A DNA stretch of 64,000 nt, from assembly GCA_051362555.1 (NCBI GenBank), contig CM120641.1:17670001-17734000 (forward strand), read 5' to 3'. This document shows positions 52,801 through 64,000 of this stretch, in pieces. A program made the position numbers and the translations under genes. Source of the stretch: Lingula anatina (Eukaryota > Animalia > Brachiopoda). The notes beneath the pieces are model-generated. The model did no database searches and was not told the DNA's origin. It saw nothing but the letters and a program-made list of their open reading frames with translations. The stretch's first letter is position 1, and each line of letters starts with the position of its first letter.

Positions 52801-53904
52801 TTAAGCTAATTTAAATTTGAAACAGAAAAGAAACCAGTAAAATATTTTGAATTAAATTGTTCATGATTCTACTTATATAATTTAATTTAAGCAGATTTTT
52901 TAACAAAGTTGCATGAGGACAAAAGCCAATTTTTAAGCAACTATAATACTGCCGTCCATTCTGGAAGTTGAATCTATACCGTTTTTTGTTCTGCTTTCTC
53001 ATTTTTCTTCAAAGTGAATACTTTGCCATGTACATTTCTTTACAAAAGAGTTTTGTGCTTAATGTTCAGGTGTTTTACATGTTTGGTGCATAATGAGTTA
53101 ATCTAATTGTTGCTTTTGATAAATTAATGTCTTTGAAAATCCCATTAAAAAAAGGCAGCTATCTGTGTAAAATTGGTAATTATTTTTCCATTTTTGACCT
53201 CTGTCACCGTCTTTGCATACATACGGGTTAAAAGGGAGATCCCTGAAATCATTTTCTCAAATTCACAGCTGCAAGAGTAATCAAATAATATATGTCATTT
53301 ATATGTCTTATGTTTTTTAAATTGTAGTAGTGATGTTTTATTATTTTGAAAGTCCCATAGTATTTGTGAGATCACTTGAGCACATGACTTCACAAAGTCC
53401 CACTTTTTTGTTAAAAGTAATAGAAGGTGCAGGGCTTTAAAAAAGTCACATTTGCATGTTAGTTATTTTCATGTTAAGAGTTGAATGACTGTTTAACCAG
53501 ATAAGAAGAGTTATAGCAACTTTTCAAGTTTAATAGAGTAAGTATATATTTACTGATGTTTAAGGTATAGTAATCACTTTCTTTGGAACAAAATATTAGT
53601 GAAATAGCTATTACAAGAGTGAAATGAACTGTTTTACTAAAAATTTGTTCCAAAGAAAGTGATTACTATCACTAAAACATAATACAATTTCTTGGAACCA
53701 TAAACAATCTTTCTGATTACTTAGTATGTAGTAATATGTGAGGAATTCAAATCTTGCCTTAGCCTCAAATACACGTATCAATTAAAGTGTGGATTTTCGA
53801 ATATTTTATTGCATGTTTTGTGCTACTTTTATTCACGTTATCCTGTTCTCTGAACCATGTTATTTTACTTACTTTGTCCAGTGTTTCACATGAAACTGTA
53901 TTTG

Positions 53905-53910
53905 AATAAA
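53905..53910 (+). terminator. Likely poly(A) signal of PH-PTB-DD paralogue 1
   Basis: AATAAA with TGTA upstream and T-rich sequence downstream, about 2 kb after the stop. Confidence 0.45.
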
Positions 53911-54604
53911 TGTGCATATTAAATTATAAGTACTAACATTTTCTTTCATTAAATTGTTATGCCCTAAAAAAAAGTTTTAACATAAACACCGAAACAGTAT
54001 ATAAATTCTGGTTTAAAAAACAAGTACAATTTATTGTCTCAAACAATGTTAGCAAATTTTGACAAAATTATAGTTAAAATTGCTAACAGAATTGAAATTA
54101 CAAATGCCTAAGGTGTCAATAGTGGAAAAAATGAATCTTCGTCATACAATAATTAAAAATGACTTCGGTCTTGATATCAGCCTTTTATCCACACCATGTG
54201 CAATTCCACTCTAAATTAATATCTTGTTGAAAGCTTTCAGAATTTTGTCACCTGTTTAATTAAAAACAAGGCAAGCAACAGGAGCTAGCACGAAGCAAAT
54301 TGCCTTTTATTTCTGCGTTCACATGAGGAACTTGAAAAGAGCGAGGTGGATAGATTAACAATTTTTTTTCTCGTTATTGTTCTTATAACAATGAGTGCAC
54401 CACAACATCATAGGTCTCCTTGTGATGCATCCTCCTACTCAATAAATTTATACTCAAGAATAATATCAGGGGCAGACCAGGCCAGTCTTCTACTAGGCTG
54501 TCAGAATTTTTCAAGTTTACATCTAATCTTTTCTAATTTCTTTTGTCAGAAGATGGTCCAAAAAGAGAGATTAATAAACCTGGGGTAATTTGGAAGACAG
54601 AAAA

Positions 54605-54901
54605 CAGTGGCAGATCCAGGATTATTTGAAAGGGGGGGGGGGGGGGGGGGTCCAGAACGACAGGCCTCGGATGAGAAGCCGACCATCGCCCCCCTTGGTG
54701 TGAGGTTCAGGGCCTGCTCAAGGGCCCCAAATGTTTGTTGGTGTTTTGGAGAGCAAACAGTGCCCTTTGGTACGGTTTAGAACTATCATTTAGCTAGTCA
54801 AAATTCTAATTTCAAGAGGGGAATGTTGGTGTGATATATTTTTCAGAAACCAAAGGGGAGAGGGGCAGGAACCCCCTCACCCCCCTTTAAATTGGCCACT
54901 G
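54605..54901. mobile_element. Small MITE with CAGTGGC termini
   Basis: CAGTGGC...GCCACTG with G/C runs, flanked by AGAAAA on both sides. Confidence 0.55.
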
Positions 54902-55211
54902 AGAAAATATCTCTGGATCAGCCCCTAAATATCTCTTCCTCATATTTTCTTTTAAAGCACTTCCCTGTCTGTTACTGAATAAAAATGTCTCTATAAAGTT
55001 CAGTTACAATTTGCTAGCCAAGTAGAAACAGTTATCATTGTAGTAAATTGATGCATGCAAACAAGCTAGGTTGACAGGTTTTATGCAGTTCCTCTTTCAG
55101 AGACTTTTTAAATCAGTTTCTTCAACTGCTTGGTGTGGTAGCTGTGCATAAACACAACTAATACAATAACAAGTGCTAAGTGTAAGTAGGACTTTTTGAC
55201 TGCAATGTTAA

Positions 55212-55915
55212 GGATGTTGTCACCCTTCGCCCAAGACTCCTTATTTACTGCCTTACATGCATTCTTTTGGGTAATAAATAAATCTTCAGTCTTCAGTGAC
55301 TAAATTAATTAATATTTACATATATGTCATCTTACAGGTGACGTCATTATGCGATTTTGTGGTTAAAACAGAAAAAATCAGTTTCTCAAATTTCTCTTTT
55401 ACCTGAGCACCCACGATCACCATTTTAACGCCGACTTCATGACACCATTTAGTGTTCCAATACCCTGCACGCGATTTTTCTTAAAAGTCTTAGTTCAGAT
55501 TTTATCATTGATAAAGCAAAATAATCCCTTTGTTTGATGACATTCCATTATTAGGGGCTCATGATTCCATAACAAAAACATTAAACCAAAATGACGATAT
55601 GGGATTGTAGCCTATACAACCCTGGTCAACTCTGCAAATTTTTGTGATAAGATCTTGTTCAGGGATGAAGTTAGGCCCCATACGGATTGCTATCTCACCT
55701 CAAAGTATAAAGGTGTTAAATTGGCAATTCAAGTTTTGAGTTGAATATGCTTATACATTGTAACAAAATATATAAAGGCCAATATTTTATGTTTTCGATG
55801 TTTTTTTTTTATTGTTTTAAATCAGCACAAAGATAGATGCATATAAATAAATAATTAGATGCAGGAAAAAAACTAATTTTCGGTATCTGGATGAAAATAA
55901 AGGGTTACAACAACC
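55212..55915. mobile_element. Kolobok-like MITE, family K2, copy 2
   Basis: TTAA|GGATGTTGTCACCCTT...AAGGGTTACAACAACC|TTAA; homologous to 15119-16330 without the LINE. Confidence 0.8.
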
Positions 55916-56535
55916 TTAAAAGTTTGAAAACTTTGTTTGCTGCATGAAGAAAGGCATTTTTGCAGTATTCCCCCACCCTACAGCTCTTCAATTTCTAATG
56001 GTTATCAAAATTATATTATGTGGTGACTTTGATCAATGTCCCTGCTATTCAAATAAATTAGTTTAGAAATTATAATTAACTAAACTGATATCTTTTTTCA
56101 GTAATTTTTTTAGTTCTTTGATCACTGAGATGTTATAGCGAGTATGTGATTTCATCTTACTCTGTCCCTGCATGAAACGTTACAACAGGGTAGTTTTAAA
56201 ACTTGTTTGTCAAATGCAGCGCATCGCCCCCTCAAATTCCTAGACTATACGATTCTCTATCAGTCAATGGACATCCCTTAACGTCATAATTGCTCATGAG
56301 TGCCGTGCATGCAACAAGGAAGTAGATTTTTATAAAGAGTCACAGTGTATTAGGTCACCTCTTTCTTCTTGTCTTGGGTACCTAATGCATTGCTCTGACC
56401 TCTATCGGATTATAAGATGAGAAACCTGCTAGACGCAAGGTCTCTCGATTAGGAATTGAAACTGAGGTGACTATGATAGTTGTACAGTGCCAAAAACAGA
56501 ATGATAGATAAGCATAACTGTGGCACGGATCGAAA

Positions 56536-59500
56536 ATGCCTCGAGTAAAAGAGATTAAAACCGGAAAGTTGGATCACATGAAGAGACAGAACTACTTTAA
56601 ACCGGTAAGACTTGCGGAAGTTCGAATTGAACTTTAACTCGAAGCAGATATCTGTATAAAAGAAATTCAGTTTGTTACAAAGTATAATTTAAATGAAATA
56701 TACATTATGCGCATGATGTTGTTAAAGAGGGTCCCATTGAAAGCCGCTTTTCTTAACCGAGATGCTTGAAACGAGCACATTATTACATCTTGAAAACCAT
56801 GAGGACTCAATATCTGTAGGCTACTTTTAGGTATGTCAGAAAAAATTCATACTGATCAGAAAAAATAATATTCATATCTTGTGAAAGGTAATGCAAAACA
56901 GATTGCAATTCTTTTGGAATTTTTAAAATATTCCTACAAGTAACAAAGATATTTATTTTTTTATTTAGTACTATATCACACCCAAAGTGTCCTCACTTTT
57001 CAGCCCAGGTGACCACTGACTGACATTGGACAGCACATCAAATTAACTATACTTCACATCGTTCAATTTTCATGTTTTTTTCCCATTAGATTGCAAATTT
57101 CCTGTACTTTTAAATGGTATAACTTACATGTGCTAAAAAAGAGATTTGAAAGGGATGTTATACAGGACCTGTCAGCAGGCCAGTCACAGATTTGCCCTGC
57201 ACTGCTGCTGGACAGTGTCTACAGTACTGTGGCACCCCTGGCAGATTGTGATATACCTGTTTGTTCTTGTGGATGCTTGTAGACACTTGTGGACGCAACG
57301 TACCATATTCTCTCTGTTATCGTTTCATAGGTCTACATATTAGCTACGGCACTATACTTAAAATTCCTTCTTGTGCTATATATATATGTGATTTCCCAAC
57401 CATTTTATGCTTGTGGACATTTGTGGTCATTAATTAGACAGACCTCACCAGTAATATAAAGAAATTCAATTTGTCACTTGGCATTTTCAGCATGCTTACC
57501 TATGTATGAAAATGGGAGTCTGCTGTTTTTCCATTGGTGGATGTGGTCAGGGGGTTCCAAAACATTGGCCCTCAAATCCAGCTAACTGTACTTTGGAGGG
57601 GAATCCTTTAAAACCTATTGCTGGGGTAGCACTAACACTTACCAATTTAGCCAAATGCTAAAACTGACTTAAATTGGCTAAACAAAAAGGGGTTGATTTG
57701 ACTAATTTAAGTCAAATTAAAACCATTTGGATAACAAATTGACAAAAGAGTGGTGATTTGGCTAAGCAAAAAAAAAAAAATTGTTGCCACTACCCCAGTA
57801 TCGAGGGTCCTTATTGATTCTTAAGGTCAAGTTCAGATATCCAGTCCACTTGGATTATTTAATGTTTCTCTTTTTTTTTTTTTTTTTTTTTTCAATTTTT
57901 ACAAATTGGCACTTTCCTGATGTCTTAAAATTCCCACAGGTTAAAATCTCTGTGTCACTACATTTTGTGAATATCCACAAGGTGCGTGATTTAATGGTGG
58001 CGATTACACTGTTAGGTGTGTAATATTGCATCAAGATTCAAATTTTCCAAACAATATTTTATGAGCTATCTTTCATATCATAAGCAAAATTTTAAAAAAG
58101 CCTTGTAACTTTATATATATAGATTGCTAATAGGTGTGGGATGAAGACCATTTCTTTTTGTAAAGTTCATGTTTTTTGCCTTAATGTAAAAAAAAAACCC
58201 TGAAATTTTAATATAAATATGTAGTTGGAAAACCCATTGACATTTTTTTTTCTAATTTTATATTTTTTGTTATCGATGTTATCTCATCAATTGCATGAAC
58301 TGATATTAGATCATGACTTCTTCCAATTTGTATCATAATTAAATCACATTTTGTTTGTGTTACTGGGCGTAAACCTTTGCAGTCTTGTAGTTTATTTGTC
58401 TCTTATAAGCAATGAGCATTTCTTCTTGTGGTTTATTTATTTTTTTTTTCAGAGACAAGTTCAGTTTTGTAAGGTGATTGAAGGACTAGATACAGGTATA
58501 GCAATTTCTTTTCCACATTTTGTATGAGGTCACTTAAAGTCTAAATAAATCTAAATACTTATATAGTTGAATGAAGCAGTATTTTTTTTTTTTTTTTTTT
58601 TTTTTGACAGACAGTGTGTTTGGACTAGAGCAATCAACTGCATCTATTTCAATGAACTGTTGGCATTTCTGTCATAGAGCACTTTCCTGGAATTTTTACT
58701 TGTAACACAATCAGAGGAAAAGTTTAATTGTTATTTTTAAACAAATAGGAACAATCCATAGTATTAAGTAACAGGAGTCCTGCGAGAATTTGTGCATAGA
58801 ATTGACATGGACACAATTTGCATCTGTGCCTCTGACAACCAGAGCACCACCCTGATGATACTGCTACTTTTGTTTTGCAGAGTACTACCTCATCAAACTC
58901 TTCAGACATGATGATAAGCTTCACCGCAGGGTGCCGAAAGGTTCTATTCAGTTCAACAAAGCTGATGTCTGTGCAGTTCACATGTGGGAGGCAAAGGAAG
59001 AGAAAAAGAAATTGCTTCGGTCTCAAGTTATTTTGAAAAATCATGTTATTTTGTTTTTACCTGAACCAGTCGTTTTTCTTGAGAAGAGTAGTGATGAGTC
59101 TCTTGAAGCACTAGAGTTGTTGGAGTGGTACAACTGCTTTGTGAAAGAATTCAAGCACAGTAAGTTTTGGTCACCAAAACCATCATTTTGTAAGATGACA
59201 TTCATTTTACACTGGTTTCTTTACACTGATAAGTTCTTTGCTCTCCCATAGTTAATTTAGTTAATTATCCCTATAAACAAACAAACAAAAAAATATTGTT
59301 TTTTTGCATTCAGTTAATCATAGATTCTGTAGTGAGACTGACATCCACATTACAGGGCACCACTGGGAAGTAGAAGTGCCAGAGAAGGACTACTATAAAC
59401 CTGGTCAGTATTGGTTACACCTTATGGAACAGTCATTGTGCTTAGTGTCCAGGTCCAACTTGTATGGTCCATGTGACCCAGTCTTTGCATGCTATGACCA

Positions 59501-60046
59501 CTACTCTTTAGAGGATGTGGAGGTGTCATGGTCTCCTGGAATTCTAGACTTGAATGTCTATGATAGTGAGTACAAAGGTTCTAGCCATATTTTTATAATG
59601 GAATGTACATAACAATTTATTATAGTGGTTAAGTCCATAACAAAGATGTCTACAGGGGGTATATTCTTTTGAAAATACTACTGATTCTTTTTGACTGTAA
59701 CTTGAAATTTGTTAGAAATATTTGGAAATTCAAGTTGCTTAATTAGCTGCTATTATCATTAGAGTTATGTCCTGCACAGTGTAAAGGTTATCCTGATATT
59801 TTTTAAAGTTGACCAACTTTACATCTTTTGATTTAATGAAAATTAAGATCTGAATCCTTAAACTTTTATTTACATGTTGCTTTTGGATCAAAAACTTATA
59901 CTATATGTAGCCATATAATGAAAAAATATTTTTCTTGGTTTCTAAACAGTATGATAAAACAGAGATTTTATGACCCAAACAGGGACAAATATCTTTAAGT
60001 GAATATTTAATGTGACCTTGAATTAGACATTTGACCTGCTTTTCCA

Positions 60047-60087
<41 letters not shown>

Positions 60088-63000
60088 ACACATATTTGCT
60101 ATTTCTCCACAACTAAAACAAAGACCCATTGCTACTCTAACTTAAATGAGCATAATCTACTTAAAATTGGTGTTGATTTTCATGTTACTTAAGCATCATG
60201 TAAGATTGCATCAAAATTGACAAAATAACCTATTTTGTGAATTATTTGCTTTCATGTCTGTATATTTTACAGTTTTGCTGCTTGTATATAATTGTAATGA
60301 GATGAAAATATGGCAGTTTGCATTACATTTATGATATTATTCCTGTTTCGTATTGACCCCATAAATATTGTTGGAGCTGCTTGTGACTCAAATGGCTTCT
60401 TTTACTTTGTCAAATAGTACAAAAAAGGAGTTCTTTTTTAGAATTAATTTTCCAAAACCAAATTATGAACTTATGTTTAGAATTTCAGGTTACTGCCTTT
60501 ATCAGTGATGTAAGCAAGAATATGAAGTAATGTCACTTATTATTAATTTACTATTTCGTATATATGACTAAATTAATAGGGGTGTACCAACTGCACCTTA
60601 ATACCTGCAATACTTCTTGTGAGTGTTTTTTTTTTCTACAGAACAACAGATTAAACTCAAGACACCATTTGCAAAGGACATTTATAATGTTATTAGTGAG
60701 AAGACAGCAGAGTTATCAGCCCATAAGCAATCTGATGTTGTTAAGCCTGTTTCTCCGACAACACCTTTCCCCCCTCAGAGACCAGATGGCGCAGCGGTGT
60801 CAGTGAAAGTAGAGCCACCTGACTGCCCTCCCACCCCTCCCCTAAGGAAGGATGTAGAGTCTCCGCTTGTGAATCCAGATATAAATGCTTCCATTGTCCC
60901 ACCAAGGCCACCCAGAAGTCCTTTACATACAAGAAAGGATGCAAATCTTGACAAAGATATGTCACTGGACAGTTCCGAGGAGGATTTTAAAAACTTATCG
61001 ACTGAAAATGTTCATCGTCCTTTGCAGATGTCTGCCAGCATTCCTTATTCTGTAGAAGCTATACGTCCCCCCTTACCTCCCTTGAGAAGTAACAGTGATC
61101 AAAGTGGCTTAGTGTCCAATTTCCAAACCATGCCACCACCTCTTCCGCCAAGGACACCCTGTAAAAAAAGCGACCAGCAGAAAAGTAAACCATCAGACCT
61201 TTCAAGTAGTTATCATGATGTTAAAGCAGGAAAAAAGTGGCAGAATGTAATGGTCTCTACAGAAGAAGAGCAAGGGAAGACGAATGAAATGATTTTAAAC
61301 ATTCCAGTACAAAGTTTTGATCAAAATGTCACCATTCCTTGCAGTCCCAAGACGCCTAGCCCAACTCTGACTGTAAATCCTAAGGGCTCCAAAAAGGATG
61401 ATTATAAAAATGTGAGAAGACCTCTTCCTGCTCCTCGGACGAAAAATAATTCAACTGGAGGAACATCAGCATTAGACTCAACAGATCAAACTTTTATAAA
61501 ATTTGAAGATTTACAATCATTCAACAATGGTACAGTTCAGTCATTGAATTTAGAAAGTGACCATGCAGATCAAATGCTTCAGTTCCATGATATCTCTGCT
61601 CATCAACCTTTGACAGACAGTGACTATGATACAGTGGCATGTGTGCAATCAAAAGCTTTATTTCCTTCAGGGCGAAGCCGTTCTTATTCACTTGAACGTT
61701 TATCAATCCACAGTGACTCGTCCGACTTGCCTGTTGAGACAATTTATGGAAGTGCGGAAGATTTGTATGACATTCATAAATTGGAAGAATTTAGAGAAAA
61801 AGTGTTGAGAGGGGATTTCAGTACACTGTACAGTGGAATCAATCGAGACCAACTTAGTAAAGGGCGTGGCAGTGGCAGAAAACACTGGATGAGAAGTGCA
61901 CTTGTTCAAAGTGAATGCATGTATGTAAATGATGACCTTCAAAGTAAAGAGCCGGCCCCACAACTGCCACCACGAGATTACCCCCAAGCACGGTACATAA
62001 ACAAATGAGATAACAGTTTTATATCCTCTTGCACTACTATCAAAAAAATTACTACTCTGATACAGCACTAATTTAATCGATTAAGTTTTGTTCACATACA
62101 ATGGGATAGAGAAAGATGAATGTCAATAAACTGGTTAAACTAACATAACTCTTCTCAGACAAGATAATTAAGATACTGGAAATTTTAAAACCCTCAGATA
62201 CCATTTGCATGAATTTAAAAAAATTGTGTAAAATTATTTTAGGCCAGGCTATGCAACTTTGCCTAATTTGAGACGCAGAGAAGATAGGAATACGATTCTG
62301 GATATGGATTACTGGGCTTCAGAGGTATGAGATGTTTCTGTTTATTTTTGATACAGCAGAAAAAAATTTTTAATGTATTCAAGTGGACAGTTTTTTTTCC
62401 AATATATGATCTATTTAGAAAAAAAATTGATAAAATTAGTGTTGATTCACTGATTATATTTTTTTGGATTCTTTTGTTGATAATTTTATTCAATCATTTA
62501 TTTATTTGTTTTATTTATTAGTATATTTTTTAATTATATGTTGTAACAAGAATAGGATAACTGAGTGCTCAGGCAATTTGGCCCCCAAATGTCTTTTTTA
62601 ACTCCAGAGCATATGGAATTTTAGTTTAGAAAACTGCAAGATAGTTATTTTTCTTTTTCTCAGAACTGTCTCCACGTTTTCATCAAATTTACCATTGCAG
62701 ATGTTTTGAAAAAAATGTGAAGCAAATCAGAACTTCAAATCTTGAACTCTTGATTTTCCCTCAGTTTTTTAGTTTTGTTGAATTATTAAATTTGCAGATC
62801 AGTCAAACTCTCCAACTAATATTAGAAAAGACCAATCCTGTGCCAGATACCCTTCTGATATCTTCACTGGTAAAGGAAAGAATTTGCTTTAAACTTTCTT
62901 ACATTCCTGCTTCAACTGACTGGCATAATTTTGCGGAGGAGATAGGTAGGTGTATAAGCTACGTACAGTGTGTTCTAGAAATATGTTATTAGCAAAAGAT

Positions 63001-63425
63001 AGCATAACAATATGAATCAAGACTTATTCTGTTATGATGATTGGCATGTACATTGGGTACCTGCAGTTTTTTCTGCACTTAACATTTCTTCATTATAATC
63101 AGTCCTGTTTGATCGAAATACTACTTTATTGAATTTATATAACTAGTATTTAATATTTTTTTATTATTAAATATTGTTAAACGCTTTTCTGGTAGGTCTT
63201 CATGCAGATGACATTGGTATCATAGAAAACTTTGCCAGATTCCACAACGTTTGCCCAGCCAAGATAGTGCTAAACCACTGGCAGGTGCTAGAAAATAATG
63301 GTGTGATTGCCAGTGATTCCACAAGTATCAAACACTGTACCAAGCAGTCTCTGTTGGACATATTGGAAAAATTGGAGAGATTAGATTTAGTAGAACTTAT
63401 TAAGAACCGGGATAGAAAACAGTAG
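56536..63425 (+). CDS. DOK-like PH-PTB adaptor with C-terminal death domain, paralogue 2 (8 exons, about 803 aa)
   Basis: Exons 56536-56604, 58453-58495, 58881-59159, 59356-59565, 60642-61992, 62243-62324, 62798-62945 and 63196-63425; intron phases 0,1,1,1,2,0,1 match paralogue 1. EYYLIKLF..KGSIQF..LEWYNCFVKEFK (PH-like), HHWEV..IKLKTPFAKDIYNVI (PTB-like), many PxxPxR and Tyr motifs, and a death-domain-like end DWHNFAEEIGLHADDIGIIE..PAKIVLNHW..CTKQSLLDILEKLERLDLVELI. Confidence 0.8.
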
Positions 63426-63454
63426 GAAAATGGTCAGTCGTTTCTATATGCAAG

Positions 63455-63485
<31 letters not shown>

Positions 63486-64000
63486 GCAAAACTGTGTAAA
63501 TATCATTCAGTATTTTAGTCAAAGATTGTTCATGTTTCACAATGTTAAATTGTGTATGATATGCTCACTGCCGCACATTTTATAAGAGCTTAAACTTACC
63601 AATGTTTTAGCACCAATTACTGGAACTGAGGCAAAATTTTCTGAGAAAATAAAATTGTCTTATGATGATAACCAGAAGACTATTATGTACAAAATTATTG
63701 AAAAGTGAGAAACTTGCATCTTAATTGTGTATTTTTTTATGAATTTAATGTGAAATGCAGTTCTGTTTAAATATGTAAGTATATATGTGGTTTTATAGAT
63801 ATATATATTGGAAATTTTAACATTGGTGCTTGGGGAAGAAATTTTAAGTTCCTGCAACATTTCCTCCTAGCACCAGTTATAAGATGTGTGATTTAAAAGA
63901 TTCAAATCAATAACTTAAAGTATAAATGGTTACAAGCAGCTCACCAGGAGACACCAATATCAATGTATTTTCTGATTTATAGACTTATCTTGTACTTTTA

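Noticed and set aside
57091-57343. Short ORFs in intron 1 of paralogue 2 as an extra exon
   Set aside because: The adjacent acceptor leads to an early stop in the required phase, and exons 1 and 2 join directly as in paralogue 1.
60623-62008. 461-aa ORF as a stand-alone gene
   Set aside because: It starts inside a polypyrimidine tract and is exon 5 of the spliced paralogue 2.
62664-62709. Alternative exon 6 acceptor for paralogue 2
   Set aside because: Runs into a stop with no phase-0 donor; 62243-62324 fits the phases and aligns with paralogue 1.

Overview
AT-rich, intron-rich animal genomic DNA (an invertebrate; the repeat types resemble those of molluscs and other lophotrochozoans, but the species cannot be identified from the sequence). 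Five spliced genes were reconstructed by hand with consistent exon phases: (1) a 19-exon long-chain acyl-CoA synthetase of the ACSL1/5/6 group (+, 4610/4748-21032); (2) ZNF207/BuGZ (+, 24362-29129), whose first intron is U12-type and holds a 935-bp fold-back transposon; (3) SCPEP1 serine carboxypeptidase (-, 33098-38835); (4, 5) two tandem, highly diverged paralogues (+, 39127-51847 and 56536-63425) with identical intron phases, predicted to encode PH + IRS-type PTB (DOK-like) modules, a Pro/Tyr-rich docking region and a C-terminal death domain, an architecture I do not recognise. The other main candidate is a set of structured RNA elements at the ZNF207 locus. These are four copies of a 55-61-nt four-way-junction motif with compensatory changes downstream of the stop codon, and a ~135-nt element present in both intron 4 and the 3' UTR that contains AG-GG-GTAAGT (a possible 2-nt poison micro-exon or decoy splice site). 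Together they suggest splicing/NMD autoregulation, which is inference. The remainder is MITEs (Harbinger-, Kolobok- and Tc1-type), a Helentron-like satellite carrier, and Gypsy and Rex1-like LINE relics. All family assignments rest on motif recognition; no database searches were run.
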